64,000 nt of DNA from an uncultured Actinomycetes bacterium (GTDB taxonomy: Bacteria > Actinomycetota > Thermoleophilia > RBG-16-64-13): positions 64,001-128,000 of the forward strand of contig CAVPLM010000008.1 in NCBI GenBank assembly GCA_963706025.1. Direction: 5' to 3'. Positions 1 to 9,899 of this stretch are shown in pieces; within the stretch, counting starts at the first letter, position 1; every line of letters starts with the position of its first letter. Under the pieces are notes generated by a model. The model worked only from the letters and a program-made list of their open reading frames with translations, was not told where the DNA came from and did not search any database. A program made the position numbers and the translations under genes.

Positions 1-28
1 ACCGGGGCCGCGCGCACCGGAGTCGCCG

Positions 29-1564
29 TCACGACGAGGAGGCCCGGAAGTGTCTCCCGTCTTTGTGACACATCAGTTGCACGACCTGGCGTCCGGTCAT
101 CACGCCCGAGGGCAGGCCCCCTCCGGGCGAGACCCACTGGCCGGCCATGTAGAAGGCATCCAGTCCGGGCAGCGTCTTGCGCAACTCAGCGGTGAGGTTG
201 GCCGGGGTGGGCAGCCACCCCTCGAAGCTGGCGCGCCAGTTGCCGGTGAACCGCTCCCAGGTGGCGGGGGTGGCGACGTCCACCATCTCCACCAGCTCTG
301 CCAACCCTGGGAATCGTCGGTCGAGGGTCTTCACCAAAGCATCGGCGATGGCCTTCTTCTCCTGTTCATAGCGCCCGCGATCTTGCGATAGCTCTCTCCA
401 GTAATCGTAGTCGGCGGTGATCAGGCAGGTGATGGCGGTCTTGCCCGCGGGAGCCAGCGTGGGATCGTAGTTATGGAGATGGTAGGTCAGACGGTCGACG
501 GTGGTGTTCCCGATCTGGATGGACTCGGTCAGGCCCAGAGTACACCCGCTCGCCAGCCGAGGCTCCTCAGGGAAGGTCCGGTTCACCCCGATGCCTACGA
601 ACACCAGGGGCGGGAAAGGTATGAACTCCTTGAACCACCCGCGCACGGTGTCGTCCACGTAGCGACCCTGCAGCATGTCGAAGATGGTGGCGTGACCGTC
701 AGCTGCGGATACCACCACGTCTGCTCGTTCCTCGCGTCCGTTGGCGAGACGGAGACCAACGGCGCGATCATTCTCCACCAGGATCTCAGTCACTCGGGCC
801 CGATAGTCAATCTCTCCGCCCAATGCCCTGAACCTCCTCTCCACCGCCTCCGCCAGCGGCATGGATCCCCCGATGGGGTAGCCGGCCTGCCGGCCGTGAA
901 ACCACGCCAGGGTCTGGAGGAGCGCGAAGGCCGACATCTCGGGGATCATGAGATCCCGGAAGGCTGCACGAAGACGCGGGTTTCGGACCCGTTCCACGAA
1001 TTGGGCCATGGTCAGGCTGTTCCACCTACGAAGCGGCCTCATGACGCGGAGCAGCCGGGGCATCAGACGCAGCGTGGTGCCAAGGCCCATCAGCTCTCGA
1101 GGCGGCAGGTCGGAGGGCAGCTCGGTACGGGCCATGCGCTTGGCGTCGCCCAGGAATCTCTTGAGCAGTTCGGCGTCTTCCGGAGCCACCTCGATCAGGT
1201 GCGTCAGGAGACGGTCGAGATCGGCGTAGAAGATGATGCTGGGGCCATCAGGGAACTCCGCCCTGGTGAACTCATCGAGGTCGATGATCTCTAGGCCTTG
1301 GATCAGGCCGACCTCCTGCCACAGCTTGTAGAAGTCGCTTCCCGGCCGAGAACCGGTGAGCCAATGGATGCAGGCGTCAATGGTGTAGCCATTGCGAGTC
1401 CAAGCGGTGCAAAGGCCGCCGGGCTTCGTGTGCATCTCGTAGATGTGGGCCCGGTATCCGTTCATCTGGGCGTAGCAGCCGGTGCACAGGCCGGCGATGC
1501 CCGCCCCGATGACCGCTACGCTTGGGCCGGTCGTGCCGTTTGTCGAGCCGGTTTTATCGGTCAT
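29..1564 (-). CDS. NAD(P)/FAD-dependent oxidoreductase, phytoene desaturase (COG1233) family
   Basis: N-terminal VIGAGIAGL..E..PGG FAD motif; C-terminal YMAGQWVSPGGGLP; 511 aa. Confidence 0.85.
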   Translation of the reverse strand: MTDKTGSTNGTTGPSVAVIGAGIAGLCTGCYAQMNGYRAHIYEMHTKPGGLCTAWTRNGYTIDACIHWLTGSRPGSDFYKLWQEVGLIQGLEIIDLDEFTRAEFPDGPSIIFYADLDRLLTHLIEVAPEDAELLKRFLGDAKRMARTELPSDLPPRELMGLGTTLRLMPRLLRVMRPLRRWNSLTMAQFVERVRNPRLRAAFRDLMIPEMSAFALLQTLAWFHGRQAGYPIGGSMPLAEAVERRFRALGGEIDYRARVTEILVENDRAVGLRLANGREERADVVVSAADGHATIFDMLQGRYVDDTVRGWFKEFIPFPPLVFVGIGVNRTFPEEPRLASGCTLGLTESIQIGNTTVDRLTYHLHNYDPTLAPAGKTAITCLITADYDYWRELSQDRGRYEQEKKAIADALVKTLDRRFPGLAELVEMVDVATPATWERFTGNWRASFEGWLPTPANLTAELRKTLPGLDAFYMAGQWVSPGGGLPSGVMTGRQVVQLMCHKDGRHFRASSS

Positions 1565-1612
1565 CGCGTCCCCCTGAGGTCGGCGTGGCCCCGTGCGGTT
1601 CTCCAGCAGTGG

Positions 1613-1957
1613 TCAGTCCGTCTCCTCTTCCACGATGGCGGCGAGCCACCATCTTTGCGCCTTCTGTTTTGATCGCGGCTGCCGGTCGAAGTAGATGTCC
1701 ATCTGGGTTCCGTCGGTGACCTCTACTCGGAACCAGTGCCTACGGACGTACTGTTCCCCGCTCCCATGCCGGCACGGCCCGGCCGTCTTCCACTTGTCGA
1801 TCACCCTCGTCACGTCGTACTGGGTGCCACGCCATACAAAACGTGTGGGTAATCCCGGCTCGCCGGTGCACATGGATGAGGTGTCAAACGAAGCCTCAAC
1901 CGGGGTTATAGCCTCGGATATGAAGTGCTTGCGATTCAGAGCAGCCGAGTCTGTCAC
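1613..1957 (-). CDS. DUF6504-like small cytoplasmic protein
   Basis: GEPGLPTRFVWRG...YVRRHWFRV...IYFDRQ pattern. Confidence 0.65.
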   Translation of the reverse strand: MTDSAALNRKHFISEAITPVEASFDTSSMCTGEPGLPTRFVWRGTQYDVTRVIDKWKTAGPCRHGSGEQYVRRHWFRVEVTDGTQMDIYFDRQPRSKQKAQRWWLAAIVEEETD

Positions 1958-2021
1958 TCACCCTCCCAGGTTACGGCTTCACGCAATGACTTCTTTGATC
2001 ATACCTCCCTGTTGCGCGATC

Positions 2022-2270
2022 TTCCGAGAGGCTTTCGGAATGAGCGCAAGCGACTGGCTGCGCACCGGCAGCAAGTCACGCAGCAAAGATAGGAAAGGCG
2101 AAAGCAACGGAAGCCAAGGGGTCCGCAAACAACGAGAAGCAACTGCTCCTGCCTTGCGTATCCTTGATCCTGTCTCTAAAAACTGGTCGTGGAGGTTGGC
2201 GATGGAAGCGGGTCAGGTAAAGATCGAGGTCAGAGACGTTCCCGAGATGCATGTGGCCTACCTGCGCCAC
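2022..2270 (+). pseudogene. Internal fragment of an AraC/GyrI-like transcriptional regulator
   Basis: FREAFGMSASDW (end of AraC HTH) to IEVRDVPEMHVAYLRH (start of GyrI-like domain); both ends missing. Confidence 0.6.
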
Positions 2271-2337
2271 AGATTGGGACGCGCAAGCGCCGGCGCAAAG
2301 ATGCACCGACACGCATGTGCGAACGATCGGGGGATCC

Positions 2338-2502
2338 GTGAACGTCCGCAGGCTGATCGTCATCCCTGCTACCGCGCTTCTCTGTGGCTGCGTATTCGTG
2401 GTAGCCGGGTGCATGACTCCCGAGAACCTAGCTGAGCTGACCACGACCACCGCGGCACCAAGTGTGTCCGGAACGCCCCCTATCGGGCCCCGCAGCATTT
2501 CT
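2338..2502 (+). pseudogene. Truncated lipoprotein N-terminus
   Basis: VNVRRLIVIPATALLCGCVFVVAGC lipobox plus TTTT linker, cut where the duplicated STAS cassette begins. Confidence 0.45.
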
Positions 2503-2942
2503 GGGCCCGTGGGTGTAGCGTTGGCCTTGTATCTCACTCAAAGGAGGGGACGGCAATGGAACTGATAGATGCCCTGCTGGGAGACGTTCCCATGCTCGTG
2601 GCCACTGGGACCATAGACCACAGCACGTGCGGTGTTCTGCAGGCGGCCCTTCACCGAAGACTCGAGTCCCGCCATAACATCGTCTTCCTGGATCTCAGCA
2701 ACGTCACCCATATGGACGACGCCGGTCTCTCGGTCCTCCTCGCCTGGGTGCAGGCCTTGCACGGGAGAGGATGGCTGGGGGTGATCGGGCCAAACGTCGA
2801 CGTCCGCCGCCTTCTGGAAGGCGAGGGGTTCCTCGTCCATCCGAACGTGCGCGTCTTCGAAACCAGGCAGGCGGCTCTCGTTGCCACGGGGGAGAGGCAA
2901 AGCACGTAACCAAGCGGGATCAGCGAAGCTTGGCATGGACCG
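2503..2942 (+). repeat. 440-bp duplicated segment, copy 1 (copy 2 at 21098-21537)
   Basis: Direct comparison shows near identity at an offset of 18595 bp; differences seen only in the leader (ttgg vs tccg). Confidence 0.95.
2556..2909 (+). CDS. STAS-domain anti-sigma-factor antagonist
   Basis: GTIDHST..IVFLDLSNVTHMDDAGLSVL; AGGAGG RBS. Confidence 0.85.
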   Translation: MELIDALLGDVPMLVATGTIDHSTCGVLQAALHRRLESRHNIVFLDLSNVTHMDDAGLSVLLAWVQALHGRGWLGVIGPNVDVRRLLEGEGFLVHPNVRVFETRQAALVATGERQST

Positions 2943-2988
2943 TCCGCGTCGACACCCGGGACAGAATGAACGGAATGAGACGGACGCC

Positions 2989-3023
2989 AAGGCCGGGTTT
3001 CCGCGTCTTCGGGGCGAGTTCGG
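2989..3023 (+). repeat. Junction repeat (att arm-like), left of GNAT gene
   Basis: AAGGCCGGGTTTCCGCGTCTTCGGGGCGAGT; 28/31 match to 3796-3826. Confidence 0.8.
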
Positions 3024-3103
3024 CCCCACCCGTCCCTTTCCCTGCGCCGCCTCCCAGTGACCGCCAAAGCGCGCTATCTTTCGTGGTTGAAAGGAGATCG
3101 CTG

Positions 3104-3712
3104 ATGAATGCGGACGGTAGACCGACGGTCAGACCGGCTCGAAGCGAGGACGTGTACGGGTACGTGGAAGTCCTCGTCCGGGCTTTCCCTGACAAGTTCA
3201 AGGCCATATTCGGAGACGACGCCAACGGGGCGACGGAGTCAATCGTCGACCACTACAGACCCCTCGACCGATACCCGGGGCACTATGTCGCCGCGCATGG
3301 CGCCGAAATACACGGCGTCCTTCATCTCGCCACCACGGAGGGCGGCGGGCCGGGATGGAAGGGGATGCTGCCGTTTGTGCGGAGGCTGGGGATCCTGCGG
3401 GGCCTCCGGGCCGTCATCGCGCTGTCGATTCTTGGCAGCAGAGTGAAACCGGACGAGGCCTACGTCGCCCATCTTGCCGTCGACCCGGGTCTGCATCGGC
3501 AAGGACTCGGGGCGATGCTGCTGGAATGCGCCGAGCAAAGAGCGCGTACCTTGGGCAAGGCGAGACTCACCCTCTACGTAGCCGGTGGCAACGATGCGGC
3601 CAGAGAACTCTATCTCGCCCGGGGCTTCCGCCTGGTGAAGACGGACAAGAGCGAGATCACCAGGCGGCTGGTAGGAATCGGACTCTGGGAGTACATGATC
3701 AAAGACCTATAG
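3104..3712 (+). CDS. GNAT family N-acetyltransferase
   Basis: YVAHLAVDPGLHRQGLGAMLL motif A; NDAARELYLARGF; AGGAG RBS. Confidence 0.9.
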   Translation: MNADGRPTVRPARSEDVYGYVEVLVRAFPDKFKAIFGDDANGATESIVDHYRPLDRYPGHYVAAHGAEIHGVLHLATTEGGGPGWKGMLPFVRRLGILRGLRAVIALSILGSRVKPDEAYVAHLAVDPGLHRQGLGAMLLECAEQRARTLGKARLTLYVAGGNDAARELYLARGFRLVKTDKSEITRRLVGIGLWEYMIKDL

Positions 3713-3795
3713 AAGACGCCGAGGATAGCGTCCCCAGAGAGGTGAACCGGTACCGGCCTATTTGAAGGGGTTTCTTCAGATAGAGCCCAGTCGTA

Positions 3796-3848
3796 AAGGC
3801 CGGGTTTTCGCGTCTTTGGGGCAAGTCGGTGGCAAACTCGGTAGCAGG
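3796..3848 (+). repeat. Junction repeat (att arm-like), right of GNAT gene
   Basis: Matches 2989-3019, then GGCAAACTCGGTAGCAGG whose pieces recur at 26646-26695, 24615 and 15468. Confidence 0.8.
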
Positions 3849-3995
3849 GAAGGGAAAGAGACGGACGTGAAGGCACCGGACGATACAGCCCCCTCTCTCC
3901 GGTAGGCCGCCAGACAACCATGAACCTTTGCTCGGTTCCGCGCAATGGAGGACGCGCCTGCGTGGCCCCATCAGAGGCCGCGAGATGGGGGTCCC

Positions 3996-4592
3996 CTACC
4001 GCCCCTGCTGCTCTCGACCGCCCCTCTTCCTGACGAGAAGCCAGGGAAGCGCGAGCAGGATGACAGCCGCCGCACAGCCGACGAGGGTTCCCGCAAGAAC
4101 GCCGGGGACCCGAAAGCTAGTGGCGGCCAGGGCGATGAGCCCGAGCAGGGCGCCGGCGAGAGCGGTCAACCCCAGGTTCCGCAGCCACACTCCGACGACA
4201 CGGGTATCGACGAAGGCTGAGGATGGCAGTTGCCCCAGCCAGAGAAGGACTTCTGTCAAGACCACCAGACCGGCGGCGTACGCGATTATCGAGAAGGTGC
4301 CCGCCCGGCCGGTCGCTTCGACCACCACATATTCGGCCGCCAGGCTGAAGAGGGCGGGGCCTGCGAAGTGGATGCGGGAGAACAGAGCGAGCAGCGTGAA
4401 AAGCACGCCAACGGCTCCGAGCGCCGTCACAGCCGGGACTAGGCTGCCGGCGCGCACGATGGGATAGGCGACGAGGGCGCCGGCCATGACGACCGCCACT
4501 GCCCCCAGCCCTATGCGAATACGTATCGCGCGAAGCGACGGAATGCTGTCACCTCCTCCACTACAGCCGCGAGAGGGGCTCGGCCGTCCCAC
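3996..4592 (-). CDS. Hypothetical membrane protein of the MoxR operon (true start probably near 4520)
   Basis: Several hydrophobic segments; follows the DUF58 gene. Confidence 0.6.
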   Translation of the reverse strand: MGRPSPSRGCSGGGDSIPSLRAIRIRIGLGAVAVVMAGALVAYPIVRAGSLVPAVTALGAVGVLFTLLALFSRIHFAGPALFSLAAEYVVVEATGRAGTFSIIAYAAGLVVLTEVLLWLGQLPSSAFVDTRVVGVWLRNLGLTALAGALLGLIALAATSFRVPGVLAGTLVGCAAAVILLALPWLLVRKRGGREQQGR

Positions 4593-5779
4593 TCGAGGAC
4601 CGCGACCCCCGACTGCTCGAAGCGAAAGCGCATGGCATCTCGCCAGAGACGCCAGAACCGGGCAGCGAGAGCATCCAGAGAGTCTGTACTGTCGCCGACA
4701 TATGCCAGCGGCGAGATCTCGATGACCACCAGGTCGAACCCCCGCCGGCGCAGGTTGAGCAGCGCGTGCAGGCCCCGCTCGTCCAGCAAGGGGGTGAGGG
4801 CGATGACCAGAGCCTGCGGCGTCAGGCAGCGGGACGGCAGCGCATCGATGTCCTTCCAGGCGAACGAGAAGGCGATCTCTGTCTCAAGCAGAGCCTCGAT
4901 GATCCGATAGTGCTGGACGCTGCCGCTGCTCGGGGTGAGCCAGCGCACCAGGCCGCCGAAGCTGACGAATCCGACACGGTCGCGTACCGACAGGTAGTGG
5001 CTTGCCAGCGAGGCAGCGGCCCGGACGGCGACATCAAGGGTGCTCTCATCGTGGCCTCTAGCCTCCGCAAAGCTGTCGACGAAGATGATGACGTCGCTGT
5101 TGCGCTCGGGATGCTGCTCGTTCACATACAGGGTCTGATGCAGGGACGAGGCCCGCCAGTTGACGCGACGCGGGCGGTCACCGGGCGCGTAGGACCTGAT
5201 GTCGGCGAACTCAATGCCCTCGCCGCGGGCTCGGGCCACCCGGTTGCCGGCAAAGGGCTGCGTGTCGAAGGGCTTCACCAGGGACCGGAGCCGCTCGGTC
5301 CGCGGGTAGACCTGGAGTAGCGAGTGGCCGCGCACGCGGGCGTCCATGAAACGGAGGCCGGCCGCGTCACTCACGCGCCAGATGGCGTCGCCGAGCTTAT
5401 AGGCCCCCCAGCGGTCGCACGTCAGGCGAAGGGGTACCCGCCGCTCCTCCTCCGCGTCCAGCGCGAGCAAGAACGCAGCCTCTCCCACGGCGAGCCTCAC
5501 ACCGTCGGGAAGGGAGAAAGAAAGGTAGAGGGCCGGGGTCCTGGACGATGCGTGGGCAACCAGTTCTGCCTCTACCTCGTCACCTTCCAGCACCCGCTCC
5601 TTCTTGGCCTCGAGCGTCGCCCTGACGATGCCCGGCCGGGGCGACGCAAGGCCGAGGACGAGAACGAGGGCGAACGGCGCGCCCAGCGCCGCTAACTCGG
5701 GGCGGCCGAGCGCGAGTGCCAGAAGAAAGACGACCGCGGCAAAGGCGCCATAGATGACCAGCTTGGGGGAGCGCTTCAT
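4511..5779 (-). CDS. DUF58 domain protein
   Basis: GIEFADIRSYAPGDRPRRVNWRAS motif; ATGA overlap with moxR. Confidence 0.9.
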   Translation of the reverse strand: MKRSPKLVIYGAFAAVVFLLALALGRPELAALGAPFALVLVLGLASPRPGIVRATLEAKKERVLEGDEVEAELVAHASSRTPALYLSFSLPDGVRLAVGEAAFLLALDAEEERRVPLRLTCDRWGAYKLGDAIWRVSDAAGLRFMDARVRGHSLLQVYPRTERLRSLVKPFDTQPFAGNRVARARGEGIEFADIRSYAPGDRPRRVNWRASSLHQTLYVNEQHPERNSDVIIFVDSFAEARGHDESTLDVAVRAAASLASHYLSVRDRVGFVSFGGLVRWLTPSSGSVQHYRIIEALLETEIAFSFAWKDIDALPSRCLTPQALVIALTPLLDERGLHALLNLRRRGFDLVVIEISPLAYVGDSTDSLDALAARFWRLWRDAMRFRFEQSGVAVLEWDGRAPLAAVVEEVTAFRRFARYVFA

Positions 5780-6759
5780 CCGCGCGCCGGTTCTGCTTCT
5801 CTGGGTGACGGGGCGGGAACGGTGTCGAGCACTTCCCGGACGATCTCTTCCGTCGACACGCGCTGCACCCACTGCTCCGGCCGCAGGGTCAGACGGTGGA
5901 CCAACGCCGGCACGGCAACGTCCTTCACATCCTCGGGAGTGACGAAGTCACGCCCCTGAAGAACAGCTCGGGCCCGCGCAAGGGTGTACAGGGCCAGGGA
6001 GCCCCGAGGGCTCGATCCCACCTGGACGCGGCGGTTCTCCCGTGTCTGCCGGACGAGGTCGACCATATAGAGCCGGATGCTCTCCGAGACGTAGACTTTC
6101 TCGATGGTGCGCTGCATAGCCAGCATCGTGGCCGCGTCGATCACCGGGTCGAGCTCGATGTACTCCTGCCGACGCTCGCCGCGCCTCGCCAGAACAAGCG
6201 CTTCGTCTGCGCGCTCCGGATAACCGACGGATAGGCGGAGCAGGAAGCGATCGAGCTGTGCCTCGGGCAGCGGATAGGTGCCTTCGTATTCAATGGGGTT
6301 CTGCGTGGCGAGCACCAGGAAGGGCCGGTCCAGCCGGTGAGTGGTGCCCTCGATGGTGACCTGCCGCTCCTGCATCGCCTCCAGCAAGGCGGCCTGGGTC
6401 TTCGCCGGGGCGCGGTTGATCTCGTCGGCAAGGAGCAGGTTGGCGAACACAGGTCCGGGATGGAACTCGAACTCGCCCCGTTTCTGGCTGAAGATGGAGG
6501 CGCCAGTCACATCGGAGGGCATGAGGTCGGGGGTGAACTGGATGCGCCGGAACACCAGTGAGGTCGCCTGGGCGAATGAGCGGGCGATAAGCGTCTTGGC
6601 TAGCCCCGGAAGATCCTCGATCAACACGTGCCCATCAGCGAGCAGGCCGAGCAGGACCAGCTCGAGTACGGCTCGCTTGCCCACGACTGCGCGCTCGACC
6701 TCACGCAGGATCGCCGCCCCCAGCAAGGCGACTCGCTCGAACGCCAGGTCTTCCATCAC
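5776..6759 (-). CDS. moxR: MoxR family AAA+ ATPase
   Basis: HVLIEDLPGLAKT, RIQFTPDLMPSD, LLADEINRAPAKTQAALLEAM, ATQNPIEYEGTYPLPEAQLDRF. Confidence 0.95.
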   Translation of the reverse strand: MMEDLAFERVALLGAAILREVERAVVGKRAVLELVLLGLLADGHVLIEDLPGLAKTLIARSFAQATSLVFRRIQFTPDLMPSDVTGASIFSQKRGEFEFHPGPVFANLLLADEINRAPAKTQAALLEAMQERQVTIEGTTHRLDRPFLVLATQNPIEYEGTYPLPEAQLDRFLLRLSVGYPERADEALVLARRGERRQEYIELDPVIDAATMLAMQRTIEKVYVSESIRLYMVDLVRQTRENRRVQVGSSPRGSLALYTLARARAVLQGRDFVTPEDVKDVAVPALVHRLTLRPEQWVQRVSTEEIVREVLDTVPAPSPREAEPARG

Positions 6760-7265
6760 AGGTTCTCCAGTTCCTCGACGAGTTGCTCGACTTCGTGCTC
6801 CGACCAGCCCGGGGCGGACCGGTCTGAGTCCGAGCGGTAGTCCGGCCGCACGAGTTCCCAGGCGCGCCCCTCCCCGAGGATGCCCGCCGCTCGGTCGGGC
6901 TCACGCTCCAGATCGACGCCGTAGCTCCGGGAGAGACGGGCTGCGACGATGTCGCGCACAGGGGTCCGCAGCCGGAAGTAGAGGTCCGACCGGCTGTAGC
7001 GGGCGATCGCGACCCAGAGCTTCACCGTCTCGAACTGCTCCGCGTGCGCCTCCGGCAGGGCGGGCGGGGGCAGCATCCTACGAAACTCCACGGCCAGGGG
7101 CAACACGCGCCGGAGCCGGCCGATGAGCATGGCGAACAGCAGCGCCACCAGGAAGATCACGTATGCGAGCAAGACCAAGCCCTGCGCCACCCCGGTGAGC
7201 ATGAGGGCGATGACGAGGGCAACCGTTGCAGCCAGTCCAAGCAAGGCTGCCTTCCAGATCTTCAT
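6756..7265 (-). CDS. Hypothetical membrane protein (MoxR operon)
   Basis: Two N-terminal TM helices; coupled stop/start overlaps. Confidence 0.75.
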   Translation of the reverse strand: MKIWKAALLGLAATVALVIALMLTGVAQGLVLLAYVIFLVALLFAMLIGRLRRVLPLAVEFRRMLPPPALPEAHAEQFETVKLWVAIARYSRSDLYFRLRTPVRDIVAARLSRSYGVDLEREPDRAAGILGEGRAWELVRPDYRSDSDRSAPGWSEHEVEQLVEELENL

Positions 7266-8173
7266 CCCACCTCTTCCCCCAGCTCATGCCGAAGCGTGAG
7301 GAGAGCTGCGGTCGCCTCTTGCTTCATGTCCTCATCGACCAGGTGGAGACTGAACCGGGCCCGCTCGTACAGTCGGGTGAGAGCCTCGGCCGGCGAGCGG
7401 CTGACACGGACCGCGCTCGACCAGCGGGCCAGATACTCAAGGGGAGCCTCAGACGGTCTCCGTGCCAGCCCGTGCCGCGACAATGCCTGTTCCATGCTCG
7501 CATAAGCGCCGATGACGGCTTTCCGCGGGTCGGGATCTTCTTCCAGCTCCTCCAGCGATGCTTCGACCGCAGCCAACAACTCTTCGCGTTCTGACGGTGC
7601 GCTCTCAGCCTCGACCTCAAGGCGACGGCGACGCAGCAGGACTGTCAGCAGCAGGCCGGCCAATCCGAACAGCGCCAGTCCCAAGAGGATCCACCAATGG
7701 ATGACGAAGGTCTGGGCCGCGGACTGATCGCTTCCCAAAGGGGGCAGGCCGACCGGCGGAGCGAAGCCGAGCGGAGTCGTGGAGCCATCACCTCCGTTCC
7801 GAGCGGCGACCCCGATGAACACCGCAAACAGCATCAGCGCTACGAGGCTGGCAAGAAGCCTCTGACCCCAGGAAGTGGGAGCACGCGCCTCGCCTCCGTC
7901 AATCCCTGATCTCCGCTTGCGGAGATGCGATACCCATATGTAGACCAGCAGGCAGAACTCCGCGACGAGGATGGCGCCCAGGATCACGAAGAGATCACCG
8001 AGAACGACGCGGGCATCGAGCAAAGTGCGCGAGGGAGAAACGTTGGCGAACGACCTGCGACTGCCGAGCGCGACCAGGAAGACCAGGGCGGCAGTGAGGG
8101 CTGTCAGCCACGCCTGTCTCGAAAGAGAGGATCGACTCGGTCCCGGCTGAGCGGTCCGTGACACTGCCTGCAA
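7262..8173 (-). CDS. DUF4129 domain membrane protein
   Basis: DPRKAVIGAYASME...SEAPLEY...LTRLYERARFS. Confidence 0.85.
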   Translation of the reverse strand: MQAVSRTAQPGPSRSSLSRQAWLTALTAALVFLVALGSRRSFANVSPSRTLLDARVVLGDLFVILGAILVAEFCLLVYIWVSHLRKRRSGIDGGEARAPTSWGQRLLASLVALMLFAVFIGVAARNGGDGSTTPLGFAPPVGLPPLGSDQSAAQTFVIHWWILLGLALFGLAGLLLTVLLRRRRLEVEAESAPSEREELLAAVEASLEELEEDPDPRKAVIGAYASMEQALSRHGLARRPSEAPLEYLARWSSAVRVSRSPAEALTRLYERARFSLHLVDEDMKQEATAALLTLRHELGEEVG

Positions 8174-8325
8174 ACCTCCTGGTCCGGCGTACGTTGTCTA
8201 CGCCCCTACTTAGCGGCCCCGAGAGACCACCACCACAATGGGACAAAACGGTGCCTCTGTCCAGAGGGTTGCCCCTGTCACGGGGGTACCTGGCACTAAG
8301 CCTGGGACAAGGGGGCGCCAGCGCC

Positions 8326-8380
8326 CGAAAACCGTTGTGCCGCGCAAGCGGTACCGGGGGTTCGAATCCCCCCTCTCCGC
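8326..8380 (+). repeat. tRNA-Ser(CGA) 3' half (att-like fragment, not a functional tRNA)
   Basis: CGA-AA-ACCGT, long variable arm GTGCCGC-GCAA-GCGGTAC, T arm GGGGG-TTCGAAT-CCCCC, acceptor strand CTCTCC-G-C; no 5' half. Confidence 0.85.
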
Positions 8381-8513
8381 TTGGGCGCAGGTATTCTTCG
8401 AAACGAGCCGGTCCACCTCGGGCTTAGGGCGGCCGATTCTCGAAAGCCGAGGCGGTCCCCTGTTGAGCCCGACACGGCTTGAGCAAGAACTCGCTGCCGC
8501 CTAGTCCTGCCGC

Positions 8514-9707
8514 CTATTCCTCGGGCGGCAGATCGATCACGTTCGTCGGAGTGCCGTGCGCCGCCATCAGGTCGAGGAACGGTCTGGGGTCGATCCGCTC
8601 CGGGGGGAACACACCCCTATTCGTGATGAGACCACGGATCAACATGATGGCTGCACAGGCTGCGGGAATGCCGGTTTGGAACCCCGTCCCCTGGACTCCG
8701 TACCGCTCGAAGGCCTCGTCGTGTGAAGTCGCCTGGTACATGAACCGGCGCACCGGCCTGCCCGCGACGGTGCCTTCGGCCAACGTGCCCACGCAGGCCG
8801 TGCCGTGCATCTTGCCGATCAGGTCCACTGAGCGCGGCAGGCGTGAGACCAGTAGGTCCAAGGGCCGGAACCGGGCCCCTTCAAACTCGATGGACTTGTT
8901 ATGGGCGAACCCGAGCTTGCTCCACACCTGTAGCAGGTTCACCCATTCATCCGCCAGGGCGATGAAGAAGTCGGCGTTTCTCAGGCCTTTCCCCGACAGG
9001 TAGAGCGGCATCAGTTGCGATTCCTCGTGGTCGACATTCCACACCTTCAGCCGGCCCACAGGCTCCGGGAATTCGAAGTGTCGCCAAACGGTCATGGGGT
9101 CCCGCCGGACAAGGCGCCCGTCCTCGAAGGCGTGCGGTGGCAGGATAAGACATTCCTCCACCATGGTACTGGGGGAGAAGCTGGGCGCGAACTCCACTCC
9201 CTCGACCGTGCTGTTGTCGCCGTCGAAGACCGTCAGCGCCTCCAGCGTGTCGAACTGGTCGTAGAGCGCCCGCGCGAATACGTCGGATGCTCCCGGGTCC
9301 ATGCCGAAGAACACTAGACCGGTCAGTCCCCGGCGCTTGAAGTCGCCGTTAAGCGCCAACTCCTCGTCCACATCCGCCGTACCGACAATGTCTCGGGGCC
9401 CAGCCGCGGCCATGTCCAGGTAGTGGGTCCCGGTTTCCAGACAGGCGTTCATGACGTCCAGGTTGTACTCAGGTATCAACGCGTTTATCACCAGGTCCAC
9501 ATCGGCCAGAGCGGCCACGAGAGCTTCGGCATCCTCCACATCCAGAGGCCGTAGCTCTACCTTGCCCGCAGCAAGCCGGGGCGCCACCTCGGCCAGCCTC
9601 TGCTCGTCGATATCGACGAGCACGACCCCGCTCACCTCGGGGATCGAGGCCAGGGTACGCGCGGTGACTTCGCCGACCGAGCCGACGCCGAGCTGCAGCA
9701 CTTTCAT
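8514..9707 (-). CDS. Saccharopine dehydrogenase / carboxynorspermidine dehydrogenase family oxidoreductase
   Basis: LGVGSVG Rossmann motif, THYLDMA, GMDPG, DHEES, QTGIPAA, GVFPPE. Confidence 0.85.
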   Translation of the reverse strand: MKVLQLGVGSVGEVTARTLASIPEVSGVVLVDIDEQRLAEVAPRLAAGKVELRPLDVEDAEALVAALADVDLVINALIPEYNLDVMNACLETGTHYLDMAAAGPRDIVGTADVDEELALNGDFKRRGLTGLVFFGMDPGASDVFARALYDQFDTLEALTVFDGDNSTVEGVEFAPSFSPSTMVEECLILPPHAFEDGRLVRRDPMTVWRHFEFPEPVGRLKVWNVDHEESQLMPLYLSGKGLRNADFFIALADEWVNLLQVWSKLGFAHNKSIEFEGARFRPLDLLVSRLPRSVDLIGKMHGTACVGTLAEGTVAGRPVRRFMYQATSHDEAFERYGVQGTGFQTGIPAACAAIMLIRGLITNRGVFPPERIDPRPFLDLMAAHGTPTNVIDLPPEE

Positions 9708-9899
9708 GGTTCACCTCCGTGGACGGAACGATCCTGCGCCCTAACAATACGCCTGCGCACTTGCTAACGTCGGCGCGATGGTGTCTGATGGGGATGCTCA
9801 GATCCGCTTACCAACGGGCGGTGTTCTCCGCGCCACATGTGGCCTGGAGAGCTTCATCTGCCGCACGTATGCAAGCGCTCCAACTGATGGGAGGCGACC

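Noticed and set aside
3831-3890. c-di-GMP-I riboswitch (GGCAAAC start; also at 24615 and 15652)
   Set aside because: The GAAA tetraloop and GACGCAAAG elements are missing; better explained as a junction repeat.
8220-8380. Intact tRNA-Ser gene
   Set aside because: No 5' acceptor strand, D-arm or 5' anticodon stem precedes the CGA, so this is only a 3' half.
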